64,000 nt of DNA from contig NC_073381.1 in the NCBI RefSeq assembly GCF_028641065.1, forward strand, positions 16,058,001-16,122,000, in the 5' to 3' direction. A program made the position numbers and the translations under genes. Within the stretch, counting starts at the first letter, position 1, and each line of letters opens with the position of its first letter. A model generated the notes under the pieces. That model saw nothing but the letters and a program-made list of their open reading frames with translations. It did no database searches and had not been told where the DNA came from. Below are positions 14,201 through 28,140 of the stretch, in pieces. Origin of the DNA: Leucoraja erinacea. Lineage: Eukaryota.

Positions 14201-17200
14201 CCTGACTCCATTAGGTTACCAAACTCGTGCAAAGACTTTTAGATTAAAACGTATCATTTTTCTCAGAAGCTTTACTTTTTTGTTATTTCCAGCTTTGGAC
14301 TCCGATTTCTTCTGTATCAACAGTACTATTTTTCCATTAGAGTTGCAATGATCAGTTGATAACATTGCTTTGTGTTATTATTGAATTGCTTTGCAAATCA
14401 CGTGGCCAACTTGCTTTCTTTGTTGATTCATTTCACTCTTTTTTGCTTGAAAGTGGACACCATGAAATGATTATAAGGCAGTGCTTTGTCATTTAAGTTT
14501 TTCAAAATTATTCTTGACAGTCAACTAATTAAAAGATCAGAGTAACGCTCTGAGCTCATCTTGGCTTCTGTTATAGATTTGTGGAATTTCTGTTTCTTGG
14601 AGGAGTTTTTTGTTTTGTTTAGCTCTGACAGCTTGGAGATTGTTGGGAACTTTGGTTAGTTGAGTCATGGGGTCATTCAGCACTAAATTAGACCCATCTA
14701 ATTCCATGTCAACCATCGGGCATCCATTTACACTAATCCTACACTCATTTATTGTATTCTCCCTGCACTCCCATCAACTCCCCCAGATTCTACCACTCAC
14801 CTACCTTTTAAGGCTGTATATAGTGGCAAATTGACCTATGAACTTGACTGTTACATTACTTTAGCCATAGAAACATAGAAAATAGGTGCAGGAGTAGGCC
14901 ATTCGGCCCTTCGAGCCTGCACCGCCATTCAATATGATCATGGCTGATCATCCAACTCGGTATCCTGTACCTGCCATCTCTCCATACCCCCTGATCCCTT
15001 TAGCCACAAGGGCCACATCTAACTCCCTCTTAAATATAGCCAATGAACTGGCCTCAACTACCTTCTGTGGCAGGGACTTGAGCTACAATGCGGAAACAGG
15101 CCCTTCAGCCCACCGAATCTGCGCCGACCAGCGATCACCCCAAACACTAATTCTATCGTACACACGAGGGACAATGAACAATTTTACCGAAGCCAATGAA
15201 CCTACAAACCTGTACGTCTTTGGAGTGTGGGTGGAAACCTGAGCACCCGGAGAAAACCCACTCGGTCACAGGTGGAATGTACAAACTCCATCCAGTCAGC
15301 ACCCATAGTCAGGATTGAACCCTGGTCTCTGGAGGTGTAAGGCAGCATCTCTACTGTGCCACTGTGCCGCCCTTTATGTCTCTGTGATTTCATGGTCCTG
15401 AGGAGAACGTGCAAGCACCACACCACCGGAGGCCAGAATCAAACTTTGGTAGCTGGAATTGTGAGGCAGTAGATCGGCCACTCGCACCACTTCACCACCA
15501 TGGTGCTCCTCCTCCTGCTGGGACTAGGTCTATGGAACTGGTGCTTTAGGTGCAAACCTGGAAGACATGACATTTCTGAGAGTTGTGGAGCACAACCAAT
15601 ATCCAGGAACAAAGGGGAAGGGGAGCCGTTCTCACAATATTCAATCAAAACATTGTAACTTAACACTTCCTATCTGCCCCCGAACAATCCTCATATTCCA
15701 GGCAAACTCTTGAGAGAGTGAAAGGAATTGCATTTTGCCCACTGAGTTTGGAAGCACGGAATCATGAGGGGAGTTGGGGATGAGACATCATCTTGACTTT
15801 GTGTGTGCATTCTCCAGTCCGGTTGGCCACCAGTCCTTCCAACAAAGGAATTGGAAACACGAGTGAGGAAATTTGTGAATGAACTTGAGATGTTTGTACT
15901 GTTTTGGGGATAATTTATGTGGTACTTTATAGATTGGGCTACAACAGATACAGTTATGGTTGCACTGCAGACACCATTTTTGTAGAATACGAGGAGTAGT
16001 TGGGTCAAATATGAAAATTAATATTGATTTTACATAATTGGCTAAGACATCTCCAGGCCTGACTTTGTGTTAGGATTGGTTTTATGGATAGTGGTCTCTG
16101 CATTGTATTAGGTCAAGTGGGTAGTTGCCTTTTAATACAAATTCATATTCACACAAAATGTGTAGGAAGGAACTGCAGACACTGGTTTGCACTGAAGATA
16201 GACACCAAAAACACCAGGACAGGCAGCATCTTCACACATGTGGTTGGAGCTTGAAAGCTGTCAAGAGTTCTAAAAGGCTATTTGAGACTGCTCAGTGTTG
16301 AGAGTGAAAGGTCAGACTGACGAGAATAACAATGGCTTTATCAGTCTGACCACTTCAGAATGGTAACGAATGGAGCTCTCTATGCAGCTTCTAATGGCTG
16401 TTCAGGATTACATCATGAATATCATGGTTAATCTTGAAGATGCAAATGGCATCGTTCATTCATTCATTCATTCAATTTGTAAAATGTAAAACAAAATCAG
16501 GGCATTCTCTTTGTTTAAGAACTGTAATAGATATTATTAATTGATAATACCACTTGAAACTTTCCGAAGGCATTGAAGGTAGCCAACGGACACGGAGGTA
16601 GCCAACAGGCAACGTTTTTTTATGGTTCATAGAAAACAAGCAAGGAATATCACAATAGTGCTTAACAGTAGGGGGGAGACACAAGAACCAAAGATGTTGG
16701 GAAGTTGAGCAAAGTGCTGGAGGAACTCAGCGGGTCACCAGCATCTGTGGAGGGAATGGACTGCTGACATTTTAGGTTTGGGTCTTCTTCGGACTGATGG
16801 AATGGTGGAAAAGAGAATGGGTGTGGGGCAAATCTTGGCAAGTGACAGGTCGACACAGGTAATGGCAGGGGTGATCTGCAGATTGGTGGAGATAGGGACA
16901 AAATCTAGAGGATTTTGCATGTTTGCAGGGACTGGTTAAAAAATGTCTGTATATACCCGTGCCGGTAGGGTTGAACTGAAAGAAGCCAAGACATCATGAA
17001 GGAAAATATTTACTACGCAACAAGTGTTTGGCATATATTGCCTCATATGGAGATGGGGTAATGATTTAATAATAAACTTTAAACAGATTAGGAAAAACAC
17101 TTAAAAAATAGAAAAATTGTGGTTTACGGAAAGAGACTAATTTATCATCATTTTTGTGGATGAATGCCTAACTTCTGTGCCATGCAACCCGAAGAATTTA

Positions 17201-20200
17201 TGAAATCTTGGTAACCTTTGTTTAATAACTTGTATCAAAAATGTACATGTGCTGTAAATTATCGACGCCAAAAGAATTGTACGGATCGAAAACAAACTGA
17301 GTAGATAAATTAAACACAGAATGTGGAAGCCCGCAGCATTCCCAGAATTTTTGTGATTTTATTGTTTGCAGTTGAATATTTCCCCATCATTGTTTCATTC
17401 GATCCTGAATGTACGAAGAATAATTAGCAACTTTCCAGAGTTGTGTGATGGGTGATGTGAGATTGGCTGCTGATTACATGGCTTGTCCTATTTTCCTTCC
17501 CAAGTATGGAGCAGCCAACTCGACATTTGCCCAGCTTAGCCTTGCCAAAGCTGATAGAAGTATGTAAAATTATGGCAGGTATAAAGAGCAAAGACAGTCA
17601 AAACCTTTCTCCCAGGTTGGCAATGTCAAAGGCCAGAGGGCAGAGCTTTAAGGTGAGAAGGGCAAAGGTTAAGGGAGAAGTGCAGGGCGGGTTTTTTTCA
17701 GTGGTGGATGCCTGGAACATGCTGCCGGGGTGGTGGTGTTGAATAGATTCGTTCAAGGAATTTAAGAGGCTTTTAGATGGCACATGGATAAGCAAAGAAT
17801 GGAGGGATGTGGATCACATGCAGGCAGATCAGATTAGTTTATCTTGACATCATGTTCGGCACAGACTTTGTGGGCTGAAGGGCCTGGTCTTGTGCACACT
17901 GATCTATGTTCTATGAGGCTGGAAGTTCTGCCTGACAACTGTTTGGTGCATTTCAGTTTGAGAGCAGGAAACTGCCAGCTGTCCCAACCAAGTGTGAGCT
18001 TCAGAAACGTGTGCCCTCAAGACCCCGTCTAGCCTTAATGTATGCTCTGCAACAAGGGCGTTATGATTGTCTTTATGAGGAAAAATTCCTACCGTCCAAG
18101 ATTGTGAGGGCAAGTTGTGCTTTTTCAACTTTTAGTGATGGCGGGCCAACCTCGTGTTGTAGCTTGAATAAAGTTCACTCGTGGCTGCAGTTGGCTGAAC
18201 TTGTGTCTAAGTTATTCTGTTTCCATTTCAGACAGAACAAGTTGGAGGAAGCACTGCTGTTTTCAGGCCAGTTTACGGACGCCTTGCAAGCCCTGATTGA
18301 TTGGCTGTACAAGATCGAGCCGATGCTTGCTGAAGACCAGCCAGTGCACGGAGACGTTGACCTGACCATGAACCTAATTGATGCTCACAAGGTATTGTCA
18401 TCTACATCCAGCAACATTGCCCATTGGATGGCACCCTCTCATTCCACCACATTCTAGACCCCACGCCTCACTGTGTCCACCATCTAAATTAATATATTAA
18501 TTAATATTACATAATAATAGAATAATTCATTAACAGATTTATATAATAATGAATATCGAACAGGACATTACAGAAACAGGCCCGCAATGTCTCTGCCAAG
18601 CATGATGCCAAGTTAAACTGATCTCCTCTGCCTATATGCGATCCACATTCCTCCATTCCCTGCATATCGTGTGCCTGTCCAAAAGCCTCTTCAATGGCAC
18701 TATCATATCTGTCTTCACCACCAATCCTGACAATTCGTTCCAGTAACCTGGGTAGAAAAACCCTACCCTGCACATCCTTAAACTTTTCCCCGCTCACAAA
18801 GCAGGGCGCTAGTCTGACATTGCCACCCTGGGACACAACCTTTCACGAATCGAGCAATATCTCTCCTGTGGTAGCCCCGCTTATTCGGCAACGTGCGGGG
18901 ATTTATAGGCCGTCTTTTTTCTGTTCTGCACGTTGACAAGCATTTGTCTTCTGCTCAGGTCTTCCAGAAGGAGCTGGGCAAACGGACAAGCGGTGTACAG
19001 GCCCTGAAACGCTCAGCCCGCGAGCTGGTTGATGCCAGCCGCGATGATTCATCCTGGGTCAGGGTGCAGATGCAGGAGCTCAGTACTCGCTGGGAGACTG
19101 TGTGTGCTCTCTCTGTCTCCAAACAAGTTAGACTGGAACAAGCCCTCAAACAGGTAAGAAGACCTCAGTGCCAAAGTGTAACGTTAGCATCCCGGTGCGG
19201 TAAAGTGGCCTTTGTCATACAGCACGGAAACAGGCCCTTCAGAGTCAGTCAGAGTCAGAGTCAATTTAATTGTCATTTGGACCCCTGGAGGTCCAAACGA
19301 AATGCCGTTTCTGCAGCCATACATTACATACAAATAGACCCCAGACACAACAATAATTACATTTAACATAAACATCCATCACATAGCTGTGATGGAAGGC
19401 CAAATAAACTTATCTCTCCACTGCACTCTCCCCCCCCCGATGACAGAGTCAAAGTCAAAGCCCCCGGCTGGCGATGGCGATTGTCCCGCGGCCATTAAAG
19501 CCACGCCGGGTGGTGCGAGGTCGCACACCGGGGTCTTGGTGTTAGAGCCCCCGGTGTGCGCTCGCAGAGTCCGCGGCCATTCCAGCCGCGCGGGGCAGTG
19601 GTGTCAGGCCCCGCTCCAGGAGCTCTTCAACCCCGCAACTCGGGCGGGAGAAGTCGCCGTTGCAGGAGCCCTGAGAAGCGGTCTCCTTCCAAGGAGCCGT
19701 GGGCTCCCGGCGCCGCCGTCCACAGACCTGTAGAGAGCCTCCGACTCTCCGGTAGCAGCAGCAGCAGCAGCAGCAGCAGCAAGCAGCAACAGCATCAGCA
19801 GCAGCAGCGCTCCTCCACCGCTCCGGACCCGGCCAGCTCCGCGACGGCAACGGTGAGTCGGCACCCGAGTCCCCGGTCTCTTCCTGTTGGAGGCCGCTCC
19901 TCGTTGCGGCCTCAACGACAATGGAAACCCGACGAGAAAAGGTCGGGTCTCCAGTGCAGGGAGAGATTCACAAAGTTTCCCCCCCCCCCACCTCCCACCC
20001 CACCCCCACCCCCCACACACACACACCCCGACATAAAATAACAAAAACTACATAAAAACACAGACAAAAATAATAAAAATGCGGACAGGCTGCAGAGGCC
20101 GCTGCTGGCCAGAGCCGCGCCGCCTACCGGTGTCCCGTGTCAACCAAGATGCCTCATCTACACTAGTCCTTCCTGTCCGTGTTTGACTCCTATCGCTCGA

Positions 20201-23200
20201 AACCTTTCCTATCCATATACGTGTCCACATGTTTTTTTAAATGTTATAGTACCTGCCTCATCTACCTCTTCTGGCAGCTCATTCCATATACCCAGCACCT
20301 CCTGTGTGAAAAATAGATGTTGTTTTTTCTCTCTCTCTCTCCCCCTCTCTTACAATTACAATTTCACACTTGCAGAAGAATCTGTCTGTCCTGCCCCTCA
20401 TTCAGATGGTCACTGACAGCCTGTCTGAAAATGAATGTCTTTAACCCCACCGGGAGCATCAGAGCTGAGCCTCATCTTGGTCTTTGTCAGTGGTCCTGCT
20501 GCCTACCACTAGACTGAGCAGATTCAGAACTTTTATAGCATAGACCGAGGCCACTTGGCCATCATACCCCTTGAAGGTACCGTCCAAACAGCTCTGCTCC
20601 CAATCCCTTCCTAAAAACATGCATGTATTTTACATTTCAGTTGTGTCTCTTTGCGTGGTTCCATTTCTGGCCCAGTAGAGAGGAGGAAAGTTGTACTGAA
20701 CTGCCCCAGCTGAAGATCGAGACACCCTCTTTTCCTCAGCCACACGGCTGGTTTTGCCCTGAGGGGCCATTTTAATCACTTGAGCCCTTGGATAACTTCT
20801 GCCCTCCAGTGAAAGAAGCTAATTTAGGTTAGTTTAGAGATACAGCATAGAAACAAGCCCTTCGAGCCCATGTGTCCACGACGACCAGTGATTCCCCTAA
20901 ATTTATCCTATGCACGACATAATCTTCGTGAGATTCATCGGGTTTTTTTTCATCTGTCTTTACTCAAAAAGTTAAAGTAACTTAAACTGGTGTGAAGGGC
21001 TGGCTGGCAGGTTGCAAGTGTTGTGACGAATGACTGTTGCATTTACAGGCTGAGGAATTCCACTCTGCTGTGCACGTGCTGCTCGAGTGGCTGGCTGAGG
21101 CTGAACAGACACTTCGTTTCCATGGCGTTCTTCCAGATGACAACGATGCTCTCCAGGCGCTCATCAATCAACACAAGGTTGGAAAGAAGCTGGGAGACAA
21201 AAGTTTAAAATGGGGCTTGTGGAATGTACCAGCGTAGAGATACGTTTTGCAGCAAAAGGGTTTCTAGCCAACACTGAGCCCACATCAACCACTGAAACCA
21301 GTGGCATTGTGGTTACCTTACTGTAATGATAACCTTGGACTAATGCTCAATTTAGATTTGGCCGTAACAAATGGAGAATCGATTAAATGAGTTTGAACTA
21401 CAAAGTTAGGTTTAGTAATAGTGAAGGTGCACCTCCAAAATGGTTGTAAAATCCATCTATGTAGGAAAATCCATCTGGTCCATAAAGGAAGGGAAGAAAA
21501 TCTGCTACCTGATCTGGCCTACAAGTGACTTCAGACCCAGTGCAAAATGCTTCATGTGCAGCCAACTTGCCAAGTAATGTTACTGAGCAAATTGAGAATG
21601 GGCAATCAGTGCTGAACCTGCTGGCAATACACGGATGGGGGTAACATTTCTAGTAACTCAATGATAGCAAGGTCTTTAGGATGTGTTTAATGGGTGCTGA
21701 AGAACTAATGAGGAGATATGCCTCAAATTGCATCAGCAACTGCACAGTGGTGATGATAACCACTGTTTTTCACACAGAGAGTGGTGAATCTCTGAAACTC
21801 TCTGCCACAGAGGGTAGTTGAGGCCAGTTCATTGGCTATATTTAAGAGGGAGTTAGATGTGGCCCTTGTGGCTAAGGGGATCAGGGGGTATGGAGAGAAT
21901 GCAGGTACGGAATACCGAGTTGGATGATCAGCCATGATCATATTGAATGGCGGTGCAGGCTCGAAGGGAAGAATGGCCTACTCCTGCACCTAATTTCTAT
22001 GTTTCTATGTTTCTATAACATTGGCACAGCATTGTGGATGTCTGTGGCCATTTCTTTCTTTAGCAAGAACAGGTACATCAATAATTTCCAGCGATGGTTA
22101 GACTGTTATTAGAAGTGGATTATATTTCCGTCTTTATCTTGGTATTGGTTTATTAATGTTACTTGTCCTGGCAAGTAGTACAGCTGGCAATTGAACCAGC
22201 ATACCAACAACTAGAGAGCAATCCTGAGCTACTATCTAACTCATTGGGGACCCTCGGACTATCTTTGACCGGACTTCACTGGACTATCTTACATTTTATT
22301 CACATTATTCCCTTTATCGTGTAGCTGTATACTGGATGGCTCGATTGTAGTCATGTATTGCCTTTCCGCTGACTGGTTATCACGCAGCAAAAGCTTTTCA
22401 CTGTACCTCAGTACACCTGACGATAAACTAAACTCAGCAATACAGTGAAAATCTTTGATCTTACCATACATGAGTGCCGTACAATCATACCATACAAGAG
22501 GACAATAGTTGGTGCAACAGTGAAAATAAGCAGAGTGTGGACACATGGTGTTACAGAGAAACAGTATACCTGCTTTCAAGATTTGTATCTTCTGCCCAAC
22601 GGGAAAGGCAAGACGAGGGAATGATCAGGGTGAAAATGGTTCTTGAAAATATATGCTGCTTTCCCCAGGCAGTGTGACATGGAGATGGAGGTGAGGGGGG
22701 GAGACTGGTTTGTGAGATGGACTGGGCTGTGTCCACAACTGTCTGCAGTTTTTGTAGTCTTGGGCAGAGCAGTTGCCATACCAAAGTGTGATGCACTTGA
22801 TAGGATGCTTTCTATGCATCATCTGCAGAAATTGATCAGAGTCATTGGGAGAATGCCACATTCCCTTAGTCTTCCAAGGAGATAGAAGTGTTGGTGTGTG
22901 TTCTTGTGTTTTAGAAACCTATGTGTCTTGGCCTTGCAGGATTGACTGCTTTGATCTTTTATTTCTTGAAGGAGTTTGTGAAGAAGCTGGAAGAGAAGAT
23001 GACCGAGCTGAATTCAGCTGTGGCTATGGGGGAGTCCATCTTGTCCATTTGCCACCCGGACTCCATCACAACCATCAAGCATTGGATCACAATCATCCAA
23101 GCCCGATTCGAAGAGGTAACTCTCCTGAAGTCGTGACTGCATTCTTCTCAACTTACTGCTGCAGTCTGGCTGAGAAGAAACTGTTTGCACCCCGGTGTGG

Positions 23201-26200
23201 AATATATCAACGCCATTTAGTCATTTTAAGTCGATTTATTTAGAACTGTTGTATGTTATCTTAGAATAAAGGGGAGGTCATTTAAGACTGAGGTGAGAAA
23301 AAACTTTTTCACCCAGAGAATTATGAATTTATGGAATTCCCTGCCACAGAGGGCAGTAGAGGCCAAGTCACTGGATGGATTTAACGGAGAGTTAGATAGA
23401 GCTCTAGGGGCTAGTGAAGTCAAGGGATATGGGGAGAAGGCAGGTACGGGTTATTAATAGGGGATGATCAGCCATGATCACAATGAATGGCGGTGCAGGC
23501 TCGAAGGGCTGAATGGCCACCTCCTGCACCTATTTTCTATGTTTCTATGTTATAAAACACAATTGCTCTGCACACATTCGGCATTGGTCTCAACAATGCC
23601 AGTGACAGGGATCATGAATTGTGGCCACCTCTCTGTAAATAGCAGTCCCTTCACCTCCTGGAACAGCAGACGGTGCGCACAATGGATAGTTTTATCCGCC
23701 AGTCATCCCATCCTAATTTCTGCTGCGATTTAATGGGCTATGGTATTTATATATCTATATCCAGGTTTTTGAGGAGAAGGCAGAAGAATGGCATTGAGAG
23801 GGAAAAGTAGATCAGTGGCGGACCAGACTAGATGGGCAGAATGGCCTAATTTTGCTTCTATATCTTATGAGCTTACAAACACTTGAGAGAATTCTCCATC
23901 CCATTGGCAACTCCCAACACCACTCCCAACGTTCTGATAACTGCAGCATCACCACTGTTGATAACTCAACTATGGGGAGAGGAGGTTGATCGCAATCAAT
24001 GCATGGATGATCACCTTGCAATAAAGCTGTGATGAGTCTTTCCTCAAAGCTCTTGCCACGTAGTTTTATTTCTTCGCTCCATCCCATCGGCAGTGTGTAC
24101 TGTTGACAAGCCTGCGCTCCCACATCAATCAATGGCGCTCTTCAACATCACGAGTCAGACATGAGGAAAGGTGTCGTAGCTTGTCCAAACACTCATTTTC
24201 GTGCCCGACAAGCAGAAGCTCGCTGTGTGGTAAATGCTGATGAGGAAGAAGACCTTTCTTCTGCTTCTTCCGAGTGGTTGATGCTGTGTCTGGCAATACT
24301 TCTAGAGAGCAAGAGCAAAGCCAGATGATCTATAGATACAGGAGTATGGGCATGTGTAATGGAGTACAGTCAGGGCTGTTATGGTCTTTACAGATGTGCA
24401 TCAAACTCTAGAATCTTTTGTGATGTTTTTTTTAAATGTCAAATATCAGGTAACTGCATGGTCCAAGCAGCATCAACTGCGACTGGAAGCAGCTCTCGCT
24501 GAGGTTATCACCAATCAGGAGTTGATGGAGAGCCTTTTGGGTTGGTTACAGTGGGCGGAGACGATACTCACGCAGAGAGACCAAGAGTTGCTCCCACAGG
24601 AGATTGAAGAAGTCAAGACACTTATTGCTGAGCACCAGGTAATCAATACAATACAATACAATTTATTTGTTGTCATTTGAACCTCATTGAGGTTCAAACA
24701 AAATTTGGTTTCTGCAGTCATACACACAAGAAAAAGAACCAAGACACAACACAATTTACACAAACATCCATCACAGTGAATCTCCTCCTCGCTGTGATGG
24801 AAGGCAAAGTCTTATCTCTCCCCTGCACTCCTCATTCTCCTCCCGATGTCAGAGTCAAAGCCCCCGGCGGGCGATGGTAAATAAGTCCCGCGGCCATTAA
24901 GGCCGATGCAAGGCCCTGCTCCGGGTCTTGGTGTTGGAGCCCCCGGCGGGCGTTAGCAAGTCCCACGGCCGTTAAAGCCGCGCCGGGCGATGATGTAAGG
25001 CCCCGCTCCAGGTACTTTTCAACCCCGCAACTCGGGTGGGAGAGGTCGCCGTTGTGGAAGCCCCGAAAAGCGGTCACCCAGCAGGGACCCACAGGCTCCC
25101 AGTGTCACCGTCCACCAGACCAGCGGTTGGAGCCTCCGAATCTCTGGGATCGGGCCGCAGCAGCGCGCTACCACAGCTCCTCCCACTCCAAACTCGGATG
25201 GTGGGTAAGGCCGCAGGCTCCGCGACTGGAGCTCCCTGGTCGTTCCGGTTGGAGGCCCCTCCACGGTGCTAGGCCCCAATGACAATGGAGACCCGACAAA
25301 GAAAAAAGGGTTAGGTCCCCCATACAGGGAAAAGATTTAAAAGTTTCCCCACCACCACCCCCCCCCCCCCCCACACACTTACTCAGTTAAAAACACTATA
25401 ACTACATTCAAACAAGACAAAAAATTTAAAAAGACAGACGGACTGCAGAGGCTGCTGCGACGTGAGTCGCGCCGCCCACCCATACCACATGTAGGAAGAA
25501 ACTGCAGACGCTGCTTACACCAAAGATAGACACAAAATGCTGGAGCAACTCAGCGGGTCAAGCAGCATCTCTGGAGAAAATGGATAGGTGACGCTTCAGG
25601 TCGAGGTTCTTCTTCAGACTCTTCAGAGTTACTCCAGCTTTTTGTGTCTACCAAATAGCCACAACCTTAAACCAGCACAGTTAACACTAACTATGAGCAT
25701 GTGATGGGTTTGGATTGTCCAAGTTAATGTAGTGGCAGACATGATGTAACGTTCTTAATTTAATATGTCGGGAATTGCCTTATAATCTCTGTTTAATGGA
25801 ACTGGGATGTGCATGTCAGAAAGGTCACCATTGTCTAGTTCGCAACATGATAGTAATTGATAGTAATTATGATATTATCTCCTCTGGACTAGACAGGTGA
25901 GCCTTTTGATCATATTTCAAGGCAATAGTAATGTCCACCTGGAGAAAGCGATGGTTGATAGCAACTTCTGTGTCTTCAGAAGGGCTGGCAATAATTAGCA
26001 TTGTCACTTACATGAATGAGCTGTGGAGATCCAGTGACTGGGTGTAACATCATCCCCACAAAAGAGAAGAGAAGGGTACGAGGAGGCAACAAAGGTTCTC
26101 TTGCAAATGTTAGCACCACATTTTCTCCAATGAGATGTTTCTAATTTCAGACGTTTATGGAGGAGATGACCAGGAAACAGCCCGACGTGGATAAGGTCAC

Positions 26201-28109
26201 AAAGACATACAAGAGGAAAGCTGCAGAGCCAGCGCAGATCTCATCCCACATTCCTAGCACAGAGAAGGGAAGGTCAAGTGAGTATTATTCAATCTTCATC
26301 CAAATTGCATTATGCATTGCTGGGTTTGTTCATTTTTGATGATTTTCATCTTGGGGATGGTAGGAAGTGAACAAAGTGCTGGGCCCAGTTTTAGTTTAAA
26401 TGGTTCAAAGGTTTCTTTATTATCCAAGTACAGATGATGTATGTATTTGCAAATATACATGTCTCTGAGTGGAACAGCAACATCCCTCAAGGAGCAGATA
26501 GGTAGATTTGATGCAGGCAATATTTGTCACAGAAAATTACAGGGCGGCACGGTGGCGTAGCGGTAGAGTTGTTGCCTTACAGCACCAGAAACCCGGGTTC
26601 GATCCTGACTACGGGTACTGTCGGTGTGGAGTTTGTACATTCTCCCCGTGACCATGTGGGTTTTCTCCAGGTGCTCCGGTTTCCTCCCGCATTATAAGAC
26701 GTGCAGGTTTGTAGGTTACAAAGGTCATAAGTGATAGGAGCATAATTAGGCCACTCGGCCCATCAAGTCCCCTCCGCCATTCACTCATGGGTGATCTATC
26801 TCTCCCTCCTAACCCCATTCTCCCCATAATCCCTGACACCCGTACTAATCAAGAATTAGGATGGGTTAATTGGCTTTTGTAAATTATCAATTCTCCTTAG
26901 CATGTTGGATAATGTTAGTGTACAGGATAATCGCGAGTCAGCCAATGGGCCTGTTACCACCCTATATCTCTAAAGTCTAAAAGGTCCATTTCAGCCTGAG
27001 TACATTTTAAAATATGTGCCAATTACTCTGAAACAACCCCATTGGCTGTAAACATTATTTATTAGTTGATGGGAACCTCATTTCTGCTCAAAATATTGTG
27101 AGGCTCCACATTCTCATTGGCTGAGGAGATCCTCAACGACATCCTCAGTTTTCTGACATTGGCTGCAACATTCACATAGAAAACAATGACTAAAGCAGGA
27201 ATTTGCTTGTGTGGCTGAATGTGATGGTGCAGTTGGTTGCAGGTATTTGAGGCAGTTTGCTTGTGGCTTCTCCACTGTGTCAAACCGTGTAGTTATGCAC
27301 TCAATGTATCTTTTTGGAAAGCAGACAAAATTGAATTAAATCTCGCTGCAGCTGTTTGACAGAAAGAGTGACAGTGACTTTCCACATGGCCTGGGGAAGA
27401 CAAAGGGGATGGACGATTATAGACCACGTGGGGCCGGATGGGATTAGTTTAAATTGGGCATCGTGACCAGCACATGTATTGTGGGCCGAAGGGCCTGTTC
27501 CTATGCTGTACTGTTCCATGTACTGGGAAAGTTGCCATGATGGGTCGTCAAGTTGTTAGTCATAGAGTCATACGGTTATACAACTTTGAAACAGGCCTTT
27601 GGCCCACCGTGTCTATGCCAACCGAGTTGGAGTTTGGGCTAGTCCCATTTAGCCCGTAGCCCTCTGCATACATCCTCTACATATATCTGACCAAATGTCT
27701 TTTTTAAAGTCATCATTATACCTGCTGTTATAGCTTCCTCTTGCTGCTCATTCCAGGTACGGACTACCTGGTGAGTTTCCAGTGGAAGTGGTGGAGGCAG
27801 GTTTGATTTTATCATTTAAAAATAAATTGGATAGGTATATGGACGGGAAAGGAATGGAGGGTTATGGTCTGAGTGCAGGTAGATGGGACTAGGGGAGAAT
27901 GAGTGTTTGGCACGGACTAGAAGGGCCGAGATGGCCTGTTTTTGTGCTGTAATTGTTATATGGTTATATGGTTACCTTCTGAGTAAAAAAACTGTGCCTG
28001 AAGTCCCTCTTAAATCCTTCCCCACTCATCATATGTTTATGTTTATGGATTTATGGCTGGTTTTCCATTAAACATGACATTTTGTATTAAATATATTCAC
28101 CATATATAT

Positions 28110-28140
<31 letters not shown>

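Noticed and set aside
19556-20044. GC-rich ORFs with poly-Q/S/A/C runs
   Set aside because: Products of a (CAG)n tract inside a non-coding repeat; not preserved in the other copies
20085-20128. HDV-like ribozyme at the 5' end of the GC-rich element
   Set aside because: I could not assemble the nested double pseudoknot by eye; left for a covariance-model search
26543-26615. tRNA-like sequences with A and B boxes (also 13152, 31660, 45450)
   Set aside because: Heads of HE1-like SINEs that continue into SINE body and tail; not tRNA genes
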